Positions 42,404-51,727 are shown, counted from the first letter of the stretch. The stretch: DNA of 64,000 bases from Candidatus Bathyarchaeia archaeon (GCA_050013255.1 JBEKFP010000001.1:480001-544000); one strand, 5' to 3'. Numbers and translations: made by a program. The notes: generated from the sequence alone by a model not told the origin.

Positions 42404-42452
42404 AAATCCCACTTAATCAGGTTTGTGGGAAAATATGCATCTAGTGGGATTT
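42404..42452. promoter_or_regulatory. Inverted-repeat operator upstream of vapBC
   Basis: AAATCCCACT (42404-42413) and AGTGGGATTT (42443-42452), plus an internal GTGGGA half-site at 42425-42430. Confidence 0.55.
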
Positions 42453-42471
42453 GGCGCGGGGGAGGGTATTC
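42451..42471 (-). repeat. Displaced copy of the tRNA-Leu 3' end (att-like direct repeat)
   Basis: TTGGCGCGGGGGAGGGTATTC versus TTGGTGCGGGGGAGGGGATTC at 44980-45000: 19/21 identical, same orientation. Confidence 0.75.
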
Positions 42472-42650
42472 TGACTTCGATTTACCGGTACATATAGGCC
42501 CACGAGTTCTAAGATGATTGATGTTGTTTATCCGATACTATAATCGATGATCGGGGCGGGCTTTCGTGTGTCTGTCCACCAACAGTACTGTGTGGTGTGT
42601 GGGTCTAGTGGTGCGGTCAGATTTGTAGTAATGAGTGGTTACAGAGGTTA

Positions 42651-43385
42651 TCAGTAGTTCACGCTCTGCACGTAGATGTCGCCGAGCATGCAGATTTTGG
42701 GAACGTAGAATGATTCGCAGGTCCAAGAAGACGGCGCGACTAGTAGGCCCGTTAATCGGCTTACGTGGGTGCCGTTTGGGGCAGTTGGCAGGAATGAGCT
42801 ACCGTCACTGTTTAGGAGCCTGTAGTATTGCGGGGGAGGGTAACAGTCCATTGTGCCTGTGCATTCGGTGGCGGGTGGAATGTAGAGGTAAGTGAGAAGG
42901 AATGAGGGGGCGCCGCATTGCGGGTAGCATTGGGGGCTTTCCACGACTGTGTAGACATATCCACTGGCTGTGATTGGTACGCCGCTGATGGTGGTCGACT
43001 GTTCCATGGAACCGCTAATCACGGTTGCACTTGACGCCGTTGCTGTGCCATAACTGATGGAGAACGCGGTTGTTGGCGCTATGGAAATCGAGAGAACATG
43101 GATTACTTCCTTACCCTGCATACAGTAGCTCGCTACGTCCTTCTCAAAGTAACCTGTCACAGAAACCCTAGTGCCGAAGCCAGGATAATTGGTTGAGCCA
43201 GCTAAGAGGTACTGTGTCCCATCGTCGGCTTGAAGGATCACGCAACCAGCTTCAACCCCTGGCTTCAAGCTTCCCGTGACTGTTATTTGGTTCGAACGAT
43301 GGTCGAAAATGGGCCCAACAAAAGACCAACCGGCCACAACGCTAGCCAAGACGAGAACTGAAACCACGATGGCTAGCTTATTCAA
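42651..43385 (-). CDS. Cys-rich membrane-anchored/secreted hypothetical protein
   Basis: N-terminal TM, GVEAGCVIL...YLL...V.VTG...SYCMQG domain, Ser/Thr linker, second Cys-rich domain. Confidence 0.7.
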   Translation of the reverse strand: MNKLAIVVSVLVLASVVAGWSFVGPIFDHRSNQITVTGSLKPGVEAGCVILQADDGTQYLLAGSTNYPGFGTRVSVTGYFEKDVASYCMQGKEVIHVLSISIAPTTAFSISYGTATASSATVISGSMEQSTTISGVPITASGYVYTVVESPQCYPQCGAPSFLLTYLYIPPATECTGTMDCYPPPQYYRLLNSDGSSFLPTAPNGTHVSRLTGLLVAPSSWTCESFYVPKICMLGDIYVQSVNY

Positions 43386-43669
43386 AGTTATCGCGACCAG
43401 ATGGAGCGTGCTGCACCGATAAACCCAGAGATTAGAACAGTAGATTACTTGTCACGTCGTTGTTGCAGGAGTTTCGAAAATGGGGTGGGGAAGGAGCGTC
43501 GGACCAATAGAAACGCGGACATATGCACTCAAGATGACTGTTCCTGAAGTGCTAAGAACCCTTGATCTCCGCTAGGTGAGGAGTAAGGAGGCGGACGCCA
43601 ACCAGCCTTCTCCCAGAGGGATAGGGATTCCTGATAGGGCTGTGCACCATTAGACGCCACATACTTGGA

Positions 43670-44218
43670 CTAGAGCATTATGGCGGCAGCGATTGCTGTC
43701 GTCCACAGCCCGTCCTTGTTGCCTTCTGCTGATTGGCAAATGCTTCTGGTGGTGACCCTCATGCCTGATATGTTCCATATCTCTTGCTTGATGTCCCAAG
43801 CATTGTCAACATCAAACGGCACGCCATGTGTCGACGCGAGCATTGAAGCAGCCAGATCTTCGGCGTAGTCACCAGCTTTCTCCTGCGTCTGACCATATGA
43901 CTTGTGTTCAGACAGGTAACCGTACACTGTTCTGTCGTACGGCAGTGCCATACCTATGGCTGCAGCCATCAGCCTGTTCGGCTCATTCGTGTCAATCCGG
44001 CTCATTACGCAGAATAGTATTTGACCGGGTTTCAGAAGTTGCAAGCCCTCGTTCTTCGGCAATACGTTGCAGTTGGGAGGTACGATGCTTGACACGTAGA
44101 CTAGGTTATAGGAGGCTATGCCTGCATCACGAAGAGCCAATTCGAAACTTGTCAGTCTTTCTTTGTGGGTACCGACGCCCTTTGTGAGGAATATCTTCTC
44201 CGGAACGTTGACGTTCAT
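43670..44218 (-). CDS. pdaD: Pyruvoyl-dependent arginine decarboxylase
   Basis: FLTKGVG, SFELALRDAGI..YNLV.V-S-S-I.PP self-cleavage site, GYLSEH, YAEDLAA.ML. Confidence 0.92.
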   Translation of the reverse strand: MNVNVPEKIFLTKGVGTHKERLTSFELALRDAGIASYNLVYVSSIVPPNCNVLPKNEGLQLLKPGQILFCVMSRIDTNEPNRLMAAAIGMALPYDRTVYGYLSEHKSYGQTQEKAGDYAEDLAASMLASTHGVPFDVDNAWDIKQEIWNISGMRVTTRSICQSAEGNKDGLWTTAIAAAIML

Positions 44219-44471
44219 CTAGGATACGATCAACAATGTTTCCTGGACGTTCTTCAAGATTGCCATTGGTCTTGGCACGCCTAGTGTGTTCAGTAACAAC
44301 AGTTGCTCTACTTGATCCATGCTGACGCTAGCCATCGAGTCTATGTTGAGAAAGAGTAGTTCAGGGTCGCCGCCGTGAAACTCTGGGATCGACTGAAAAC
44401 GTTAAGTCCCAAGTAGATGTAATCATATAGGAAGCCGAAAGTTAGGCAAGAAGAGTAGACTATGCCGCGGG

Positions 44472-44738
44472 TTGCGAAAAAGCTCGAAGACAGAGTATGC
44501 CCTAGCTGTCATCAATCAACCTACTACCTCTGTGGAACTTGCGACTACTGAGAAAATCTGGACGAAGGAAAGAGAAGCCCACCAGTTCACTTTTCGATGT
44601 GATTCATGCAACGGTGAATACCTGTTCAAAGACGATGAAGTTATCGAGAAGACACACGGTCGGAACCCAGCCGGTGAAACTACGGCCATTCATCATTGCG
44701 AAATTGAGGCCGCACTACATCGGTTTTGGGGACATTAA
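44472..44738 (+). CDS. Small hypothetical protein with a CxxC motif
   Basis: FRCDSCN...HHC; lies within the putative island. Confidence 0.35.
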   Translation: MRKSSKTEYALAVINQPTTSVELATTEKIWTKEREAHQFTFRCDSCNGEYLFKDDEVIEKTHGRNPAGETTAIHHCEIEAALHRFWGH

Positions 44739-44980
44739 TTGTCTAGTGTGTTTGCCTCAGAGTAACATGGGTTCCCCACAAAATTACACCATCCCCCCTC
44801 CCCGCACGGGTGGATCCACCCATTGAGGGGTGGTGCCAAACGGTGCCAAAAGTGCTGGCGAAACAACCCAAGATCGGCTTTGAAAGGCTGACAAGGCCTG
44901 AATTGAAAACGGTTCCTAAACGAATTACCCGAACGCTCCATGGTCCTTCTCGTCTAGCATATGTTATACGCGGGTGTGGT

Positions 44981-45175
<195 letters not shown>

Positions 45176-45260
45176 ATAAGCCAAAGGTCCTACCCCGCAC
45201 AGAACCCTCCGTAGCCATATAGCGACATAAAGCTAATGCCAGAAACTACCGCTGAGTCAA

Positions 45261-45635
45261 TCAGGCTTTGACTTTCCTCTTCGCGCTCCAGAAAGTTATA
45301 CCGCCCACAAGCAACGAGAGGATGATGACCACAAACCCGTTCGCCTCATGCAGAAGAGTCAGACTTTCTGCTCCGCTGAGCAATTGAAAACCGAGACCTA
45401 CTTGAGCTAGAACTACGATTGTGAGAATGATGATCGTGAGCTTCGAATAGATGGTAGCAGTCTTGGCCCTGAAAGCAATGGCAGCTAGCGCAACTACCAA
45501 AGCCAACCCAACAATTCCGAACAGAATGTGAACTCCAACAAGGGAGTCCATGCCGCCGGTCACGACAAAACCCAAGATGAGTTGAACTACTGCGCCGAGC
45601 AAAACAACTGTCCCCAAAACTGGAATAAGTTTCAA
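45261..45635 (-). CDS. Four-TM membrane protein with two intramembrane His residues
   Basis: Four hydrophobic helices, Q..LG and H motifs repeated twice; TTG start chosen. Confidence 0.7.
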   Translation of the reverse strand: MKLIPVLGTVVLLGAVVQLILGFVVTGGMDSLVGVHILFGIVGLALVVALAAIAFRAKTATIYSKLTIIILTIVVLAQVGLGFQLLSGAESLTLLHEANGFVVIILSLLVGGITFWSAKRKVKA

Positions 45636-45802
45636 AACAAATACCCAACCCGGTTCGAGCGCGGCGTCTGCATCTTTAAGCTTGACGGCCACGCAACCAA
45701 ATTGCGAGCGCCCAAAAAACAATCCGTTAGCAACAGGCCGAGTGATACTCTTGTTTTACTAAGGTGATGCGTTATGGCATCCCGTAAATGATTAATATCG
45801 AA

Positions 45803-45932
45803 GGAACTGGAGACACCGCTCTTGGGAGAGTCTGCTACCTCTTCTCTCTCCGGGACGGAGAGTTATCTTAGGGTTCATGGCAGCGCTCTCCCGAGAAACT
45901 TCTCACAATTCTTGCGGTGGCCGAAGGGTTCC
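45803..45932 (+). ncRNA. Candidate structured RNA (long interrupted hairpin)
   Basis: Nested stems GGAAC/GTTCC, CACCGC/GCGGTG, TCTTGGGAGAG/CTCTCCCGAGA, CTGCTA/TGGCAG, CTCTCCG/CGGAGAG. Confidence 0.4.
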
Positions 45933-45992
45933 GTTAAGGTAAGTCAAATTCCAAGCTCCGCTACGGAATCAGCGTAGAGCGTTGTTCCTGTC

Positions 45993-46289
45993 CTAGGCCC
46001 AGGTGTAGAAAACGCGGCGTGCAGGGTAGTAGACTGGGGTGTAGCCTTGGTAGTAGTAGCCTGGGGAGTAGCCCGGATTGTAATCTTGGAAGTAGCCCGG
46101 GTAGGCTGGATACGGGTACCAGTACCTCGGCCTTGTGGCATACCACGCAGCGGCACCGAACCCTAAGCCTGCGAGGGCACCTGCGCCTATGCCCACTCCC
46201 GCGCCCGTTAAACCGGCCGCAGTGTAACCTAACGCTCCGCCTGCCGCAGCCCCGAGCAATGCTCCGGCTGCGAGAAGGAAAATTGGCAA
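45993..46289 (-). CDS. Glycine-zipper protein with a Tyr/Pro/Gly-rich tail
   Basis: GALLGAAAGGALG...GVGIGAGALAGLGFG then YPYPAYPGY...PGYSPGYYYQGY. Confidence 0.7.
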   Translation of the reverse strand: MPIFLLAAGALLGAAAGGALGYTAAGLTGAGVGIGAGALAGLGFGAAAWYATRPRYWYPYPAYPGYFQDYNPGYSPGYYYQGYTPVYYPARRVFYTWA

Positions 46290-46448
46290 TTCTAATCCCT
46301 ACAGAAGGGGTGCAGAGCACGCATATAGCGTTTTATCAAAACTGCTAGTACGGGTAACGGAAAACGACGTCGGCGTACGGTGGGTGGTCCGATTTTGTGT
46401 GGAAACTGTGTTACTCATCCCGACCCTGGGAAAAGAATGTGGGGTTGA

Positions 46449-46838
46449 TTACGCGAAGGGCCCTACGCCTTCGGTGATCTTAATCGCTTGCACTGGGCAT
46501 TGGATTTCGCATGCCCGGCAGAAGATGCAGTCCCGTTCTCGGGTCGGGTCGGCCTTCCAACGGTCTAGCAGCGTTTTGCCGCTGTCGTTCGGAATCTGCT
46601 TGTCAATCTTCTCCTGCTCAGCGGCTATGTCCATTTTGTCGAATACGTTTACTGGGCAGACTGAGATGCAGATGCCGTCTGCGATGCAAATGTCGAAGTC
46701 AACCGCGACAGCGACACCATGCACGCCGTACTCTTTGCTAACGCCGTCTTTCCAGCGTACCTCATGGCCTTCGTGATCTTCTTTCTTGGGCCATTCGTTT
46801 GGGAAGGAAGCATCATCAATTATCCGTCTTTCAGTCAT
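46449..46838 (-). CDS. Dicluster ferredoxin, zinc-containing (Zfx-like) type
   Basis: HEGH...VHG N-terminal extension, CIADGIC...CP, KADP, CIFCRAC...CP. Confidence 0.88.
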   Translation of the reverse strand: MTERRIIDDASFPNEWPKKEDHEGHEVRWKDGVSKEYGVHGVAVAVDFDICIADGICISVCPVNVFDKMDIAAEQEKIDKQIPNDSGKTLLDRWKADPTRERDCIFCRACEIQCPVQAIKITEGVGPFA

Positions 46839-46888
46839 CGATTACACCAATCGGGTTGCGGGAAGGTTGGGATGTATTAAGAAGATTT

Positions 46889-47030
46889 GCGTGTCACAAC
46901 CGAACCTGACAATAGCCCCAGGAAAATATTCGATCTGTCCGCCTGGGCACAAACAGCCATCCCTCAGGAGGGTTGGTTGTCCCGCCAACACATAGGGGTG
47001 TGCTACACCCCTCTTCTCGGTTTACTACGC
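46889..47030. ncRNA. Candidate multi-branched structured RNA
   Basis: Closing stems GCGT/ACGC and AACCGA/TCGGTT enclose three hairpins. Confidence 0.45.
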
Positions 47031-47086
47031 GCTTGCCATGGGCGGTTAACCCTAAGCGAGGTCTATGGAATCCAGCCGTTCTGCCT

Positions 47087-47260
47087 TCAAACGCCATCGA
47101 ACTTGGACAGACAACTTGGACAAACGCAATCTTTCGCCTGATTCCGTAGCCTCGCCAACGCTTCATCGCTCAAGGACATATCCGTGCACCAACACCCGCT
47201 GCTACCCACACCGCATGAGAAAGTTGACCCGCAAATTTCACACTGGATAGTTCGAGGCAT
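47087..47260 (-). CDS. Cysteine-rich CWC family protein
   Basis: CEICGSTFSCG....CWC...DCVCPSCL. Confidence 0.8.
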   Translation of the reverse strand: MPRTIQCEICGSTFSCGVGSSGCWCTDMSLSDEALARLRNQAKDCVCPSCLSKFDGV

Positions 47261-47348
47261 GGGGCTCACGTTAAGAGGGTTAATGTGCAATATTTCAAGT
47301 AGCCCTATCTGATACGAGAGCTCAGATGATGCGGTAGGTGCAGCAGGT

Positions 47349-48266
47349 TTGCGAATCGTCTCATTTCTACCAAGCGCGACAGAAATCATTTATGCGCTCG
47401 AGCTTGGAAGCGAACTGGTTGGCGTGTCCCATGAATGCGATTTTCCATCCGACGCTAAGGGAAAGCCCAAGATGATTGAACCTGCATTTGATACAAGAAA
47501 ACTGGAAAGCGAAAGAATCGACCAACTGGTAATCGATTACACAAAGCGCGGAGAGCGATTATACAGAATAAAATTAGACGAATTCAGGAAAGCAAACCCG
47601 GACCTAGTGGTCACACAGGAATTGTGCGATGTGTGCGCTATTGGAGCGGAAGATGTCCTAGCCGCCGTTAACCAACTAGGGAAACCGGTGAAAGTTGTCT
47701 CACTCAACCCCCACTCACTGAACGATATTGAAAGCGACATTAGAAGCGTAGGGGAAGCGGCTGGCCGCCCTGAGAAAGCTGAGCAGCTGATCGCTAAATT
47801 GAACGATAAGGTGGAGGCCGTCAGAAGATTAGCCGAAAATGTTCAGAGGCCACGAGTCTTTTGTGTCGAGTGGTTGAAACCTATCATGAATGCTGGCCAT
47901 TGGGTTCCAGAGATGGTAGAATACGCAGGGGGAGGCGATAAGCTCGCCGAACGTGGACAGCCGTCCAGATATATCAAGTGGGATTCAGTGTTGAAGTACG
48001 ACCCCGAGGTCATCATCCTAATGCCCTGCGGGTTCACAACAAGCAAAACAATGGAACAGGCCAGATACTTCTTCGAGCAACCAGGCGCAGAACGCCTGAA
48101 TGCTGTACGAAATGGCCGAGTTTATGCTACGGACGGGCACAACTACTTTAGCCGTTCTGGGCCAAGGCTCTTCGACGGTATAAGGACCCTAGCCCACATT
48201 ATTCATCCAGAACTATTCAATGAACCACTCGACCCACACTTGGCAAGCCGAGTGGAAGCCATCTGA
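47349..48266 (+). CDS. BtuF-like cobalamin/Fe-siderophore substrate-binding protein
   Basis: RIVSFLPSATEI, VGVSHECDFP, TQELCDVCA, AGHWVPEM, MPCGF, YFSRSGPRL. Confidence 0.88.
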   Translation: MRIVSFLPSATEIIYALELGSELVGVSHECDFPSDAKGKPKMIEPAFDTRKLESERIDQLVIDYTKRGERLYRIKLDEFRKANPDLVVTQELCDVCAIGAEDVLAAVNQLGKPVKVVSLNPHSLNDIESDIRSVGEAAGRPEKAEQLIAKLNDKVEAVRRLAENVQRPRVFCVEWLKPIMNAGHWVPEMVEYAGGGDKLAERGQPSRYIKWDSVLKYDPEVIILMPCGFTTSKTMEQARYFFEQPGAERLNAVRNGRVYATDGHNYFSRSGPRLFDGIRTLAHIIHPELFNEPLDPHLASRVEAI

Positions 48267-48474
48267 GCGGAACTGTGAGCCTTACAGATGACCGCGGTCT
48301 GGTGGGCGTTCGAGCGGCCTAGGTTCACGTTCGATTGGATGCCACGGAATAGTTATGGAAGACTCGTACTTCATCGAGGCGTATGCAAATGTTGCTTTCA
48401 TTCTTTCAGTACCTACGGTAGGGTTTGTGAGATCCACCCCATATTGACTGGTGAACTGTGATCCTAGTCAGATG

Positions 48475-49074
48475 TTAGTTGGCGACCGGTGCCGGGCTCG
48501 CCACTTGCACCATTTCTTCCGCAACTTTCGTGATGTGGTCGAAGAGTTGGTAGGCCGCGGCGATTTGTTCTGACTCAGTTTGATTTGTGTATGAATCAGC
48601 GCCTATGGTTATTTTGCCGCCGCCGATGCGGGCTTGAAGTTGCATTCGGCCGTCTTCGCTGATCCAGCTCATGGAAAGTTGGCTACCGTCGTGGGAGTAT
48701 CCCAGCCAACGGAAGTTACTGAACCATCTGCCCCTAAGCTTCTGGAAGAGCACAGTCACGTCAACCTGACTTGGCAAATACGCGTCGATTATTGGTTTGG
48801 CGAGTGACTGGTTCGTTTGAACTGCAAATGAGTAAATGCTTCCCGTTCCTTTGAGCTTATACCCTTCCGGAGATCTTTCAATCACGTGAGCTTCTTCAAG
48901 GCGTTTCAGGGTGCGCGTGAGGGTTTCCTGGTGTAACCCTAGCCTTCTCCTCAAGCCTTGGAACGAGAAGTGCGCGTTCTGCTCACTTGACAGTAGCTTC
49001 AAGACCTCGCGCTCCCGTTCGTCGAGGTCAAATTCCTCAAAGTCCGGATTCAAATCGATACTAGGTGCTAACAA
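48475..49074 (-). CDS. Winged-helix DNA-binding domain protein
   Basis: FSFQGLRRRLGLHQETLTRTLKRLEEAHVIERSPEGY. Confidence 0.75.
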   Translation of the reverse strand: MLAPSIDLNPDFEEFDLDEREREVLKLLSSEQNAHFSFQGLRRRLGLHQETLTRTLKRLEEAHVIERSPEGYKLKGTGSIYSFAVQTNQSLAKPIIDAYLPSQVDVTVLFQKLRGRWFSNFRWLGYSHDGSQLSMSWISEDGRMQLQARIGGGKITIGADSYTNQTESEQIAAAYQLFDHITKVAEEMVQVASPAPVAN

Positions 49075-49216
49075 GGTTGAATGACGCTAGTCCGTAAACC
49101 GCCTTATATTGACTAGTTCCAATTGTTGAGTAAATCGATTATCTTTTAAGTGTATTCCATGTATACGTTATGATTCAAGGCTAGCTAGCTCGAAACGTTT
49201 CGAGGTGAAGCGTAAG

Positions 49217-49255
49217 GTGGCAAAAGGCCACAAAAAGAAGAAAATGAAGAAATAA
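49217..49255 (+). CDS. Candidate 12-aa Lys-rich micropeptide MAKGHKKKKMKK
   Basis: GAGGTGA Shine-Dalgarno at 49202-49208, GTG start, TAA stop, downstream oligo-T tracts, TTTTAAG upstream. Confidence 0.45.
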   Translation: MAKGHKKKKMKK

Positions 49256-49498
49256 GACGCTAAATGTAGCTGAGCAGCGTTTTTCCACGTTTTTTCCCCG
49301 ATTATTTTTCTTCAGTAATTTTTCGTAATGAAAATCCCTTGCTGAAAGCGGCCCAGGTTCTCCTTAATGGTGCCGTGGAAAAGGCTGCGCTGCCCCAAGT
49401 GGACTCCGCATTCGCAGTTGCCCGCTGTTGCTACGGTCTTCTTGGGATTGGGTAAAGTATTGCTGCGCGTCGAATAGGCTGGAGAATAGGGAAGTAGA

Positions 49499-50281
49499 AT
49501 GAAGCTAAGTTCGATGAAGATTTTCTTCTTTGACCTTGACGGTGTGCTCTCAACGGGAAAGGAAAACCTGCGCTACTTGGGTGGCCGTGAAGTTGTGGAG
49601 AAGATCAGGTCTCTAGGGAAGAAGGCTCTCATTCTGACAAACGACTCGACGCACACGCGGCAAGAGATTCAACAAAACCTAGCGAGCCTAGGCTTCCTAT
49701 TTGCGTTCGATGATATACTAACATCAAGTTTCCTCACGGCGAATTACCTCAGCCAAAAGTTTGGGAAAGCGTCATTTTTCCTAATTGGCGAGGACGGATT
49801 GAAACGCGAACTTGAAACAGCAGGTCACCAAGTATCTGAGACCAAGCCTCAGGTTGTGGTAGTCGGTTTAGACAGAAAATTGACATATGAAAAGTTGGAC
49901 AATGCTTTGAGATTCCTCCGGGAAGGGGCTAGGTTGGTCGGCAGCTATGGCGGGGCTGTCTACATGAGTGACCATGGGCCTGCACTTTCAGCAGGGCCAA
50001 TTATCAGGGCTTTGGAGTATGGGTCGAACAAGAAGGCGATTATGATCGGTAAACCGTCGCCGCGAATGTTCCGGCTGGCACTTCAACGAGCACGCGAAAA
50101 ACCTTCGCACGCTGTTATGATTGGAGACCAAATAGAAACGGACCTGCTGGGAGCCCGAAAGGCCGGCGTTCATACAGTCCTAGTCCTAACCGGGGTAGAA
50201 ACACGAGACACTATCAGACTTTCCAAAATCAAACCCGACGCGGTGATCGAAACAGTAGACGGCCTTGAAAGCCTCTTCTAA
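49499..50281 (+). CDS. HAD-IIA (NagD-like) hydrolase
   Basis: FDLDGVL, LTN, IGKPSP, MIGDQIETDLLGA, LVLTGV. Confidence 0.92.
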   Translation: MKLSSMKIFFFDLDGVLSTGKENLRYLGGREVVEKIRSLGKKALILTNDSTHTRQEIQQNLASLGFLFAFDDILTSSFLTANYLSQKFGKASFFLIGEDGLKRELETAGHQVSETKPQVVVVGLDRKLTYEKLDNALRFLREGARLVGSYGGAVYMSDHGPALSAGPIIRALEYGSNKKAIMIGKPSPRMFRLALQRAREKPSHAVMIGDQIETDLLGARKAGVHTVLVLTGVETRDTIRLSKIKPDAVIETVDGLESLF

Positions 50282-50347
50282 TCATAACGCTTAAGACTAC
50301 CGCGCCCTTGTTGGTGTTTCACCGTTTGAACAGAAGTCGACTTGAAA

Positions 50348-50899
50348 ATGTCAGATGAACAAGGACAAGCAGCCGGCGTTTCGGCACCACCTGTAAAGGT
50401 TAGCGGACTTGGCCCCTACTCGAAGCAAGTCAATACAACCGTCAAGGTTGTCCAGAAGGGCGAAGCACGGGAAACCGTTTCCCGACAAGACGGGACAACA
50501 CATCGCGTGTTGGACGCGCTTGTTGGAGACGATACCGGTGCGATCTACATGACCCTTTGGGACGACAACATTGACAAAGTGAATGAGGGCGACACAGTGA
50601 ACGTCAAGAACGGGTACGTGAGACCCTTCAAGGGTTCGATGCGCCTTAACATAGGCCGTTACGGTACCCTAGAGCCAGCAGAAACTGCCCTCAGCGACGT
50701 GAACACACAGAACAACCTGTCCGACAAGCTCGTTGAAGAAGAAAGACCTTACCGCTCCTTCGGCGGCGGAAGACGCTATGGCGGAGGCGGCGGAGGCTAC
50801 GGGCGCGGCGGCGGTGGCGGCGGTGGCGGCGGCGGGTATGGTAGAGACCGGGGCAGAGGCGGCTACGGCGGCAGAGGCCGCGGACGCGACCGGTACTAG
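50348..50899 (+). CDS. ssb: Single-OB single-stranded DNA-binding protein with a Gly/Arg/Tyr tail
   Basis: ALVGDDTGAIYMTLWDD...EGDTVNVKNGYV..FKG..RLNIGRYG; NTQNNLS. Confidence 0.88.
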   Translation: MSDEQGQAAGVSAPPVKVSGLGPYSKQVNTTVKVVQKGEARETVSRQDGTTHRVLDALVGDDTGAIYMTLWDDNIDKVNEGDTVNVKNGYVRPFKGSMRLNIGRYGTLEPAETALSDVNTQNNLSDKLVEEERPYRSFGGGRRYGGGGGGYGRGGGGGGGGGGYGRDRGRGGYGGRGRGRDRY

Positions 50900-51088
50900 A
50901 GTTCGAATTTGCAGCAGACCGCTGCGGAAAAACCCCTTCAATCTTTTTTCTTTAATCTTCTAAACCCAACTCATCTCGACAGCATCAGGATAAGGGCGAA
51001 GTTTCTTCGGAAACCTTTGACTGTGAATACCGTAACCTCTCTCGCGCAGAATTTCGCCCAACCGTAACGCCGTTCGGCCTATAACTTC

Positions 51089-51727
51089 CTAAAGCGACGG
51101 AAGAATGTAATGCGTGACGAAGTAGAGTAACAGGAAGTATACGACGAGTAACCCAATCGAAATCAGCAAGTTCCTCTTCCACTGCGTGCTCCAAGCTATG
51201 CCTAACGGTAGCCCGAGTGAGAACCCTATGATGTGCGAGACGTAGGCAACATCACTCTGCTGTTGGTAATAGACCGCCAACCCATTGTAAAGGAAGTACA
51301 GTATGGCAACTAGCCCTACAGGCATCAGCAAGAGCCACGACCACCTCAAAGGTTTCATCAACATCACTACGGCGGTCAGCGTGAAGATTGCGGCAGAAGC
51401 ACCGACAAAGCTCGTGCCAGGCGGAAAGAAGGGCAAACTCAGCGGAAAACTAAGTATGCCTCCTAGGAAGAAAGCAGTGAGCATCTTTCTGTGAGAGTTT
51501 GTCACACTCTCCAAAGTATTTCCGAAAACGTACAGGAAAATCATGTTTCCTAGTATGTGAAGTATGCTGGCGTGGACGAAGATGGCTGTAACAAGTGTCC
51601 AAACTCTTCCCTCTTGCAAATTATTAAGGCTGAAAGCAAGGTAACGATCAACATCCGCGGGAGTTAAGGTCCAAGCATAAAGAGTTACCAGAATGCAAAT
51701 CAGAATGAGAATGTTTGTGGCACGCAT
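51089..51727 (-). CDS. Rhomboid intramembrane serine protease
   Basis: WTLVTAIFVH...HILGNM, VGASAA, VAYVSHIIG. Confidence 0.92.
   Translation of the reverse strand: MRATNILILICILVTLYAWTLTPADVDRYLAFSLNNLQEGRVWTLVTAIFVHASILHILGNMIFLYVFGNTLESVTNSHRKMLTAFFLGGILSFPLSLPFFPPGTSFVGASAAIFTLTAVVMLMKPLRWSWLLLMPVGLVAILYFLYNGLAVYYQQQSDVAYVSHIIGFSLGLPLGIAWSTQWKRNLLISIGLLVVYFLLLYFVTHYILPSL

Noticed and set aside
44791-44807. Inverted similarity to the tRNA 3' end (ATCCCCCCTCCCCGCAC)
   Set aside because: It is a short C-rich low-complexity match needing gaps and is plausibly chance.
45761-45817. Possible C/D-box sRNA or fluoride riboswitch
   Set aside because: The C and D boxes are all degenerate (no CTGA) and the fluoride riboswitch 3' conserved block is absent.
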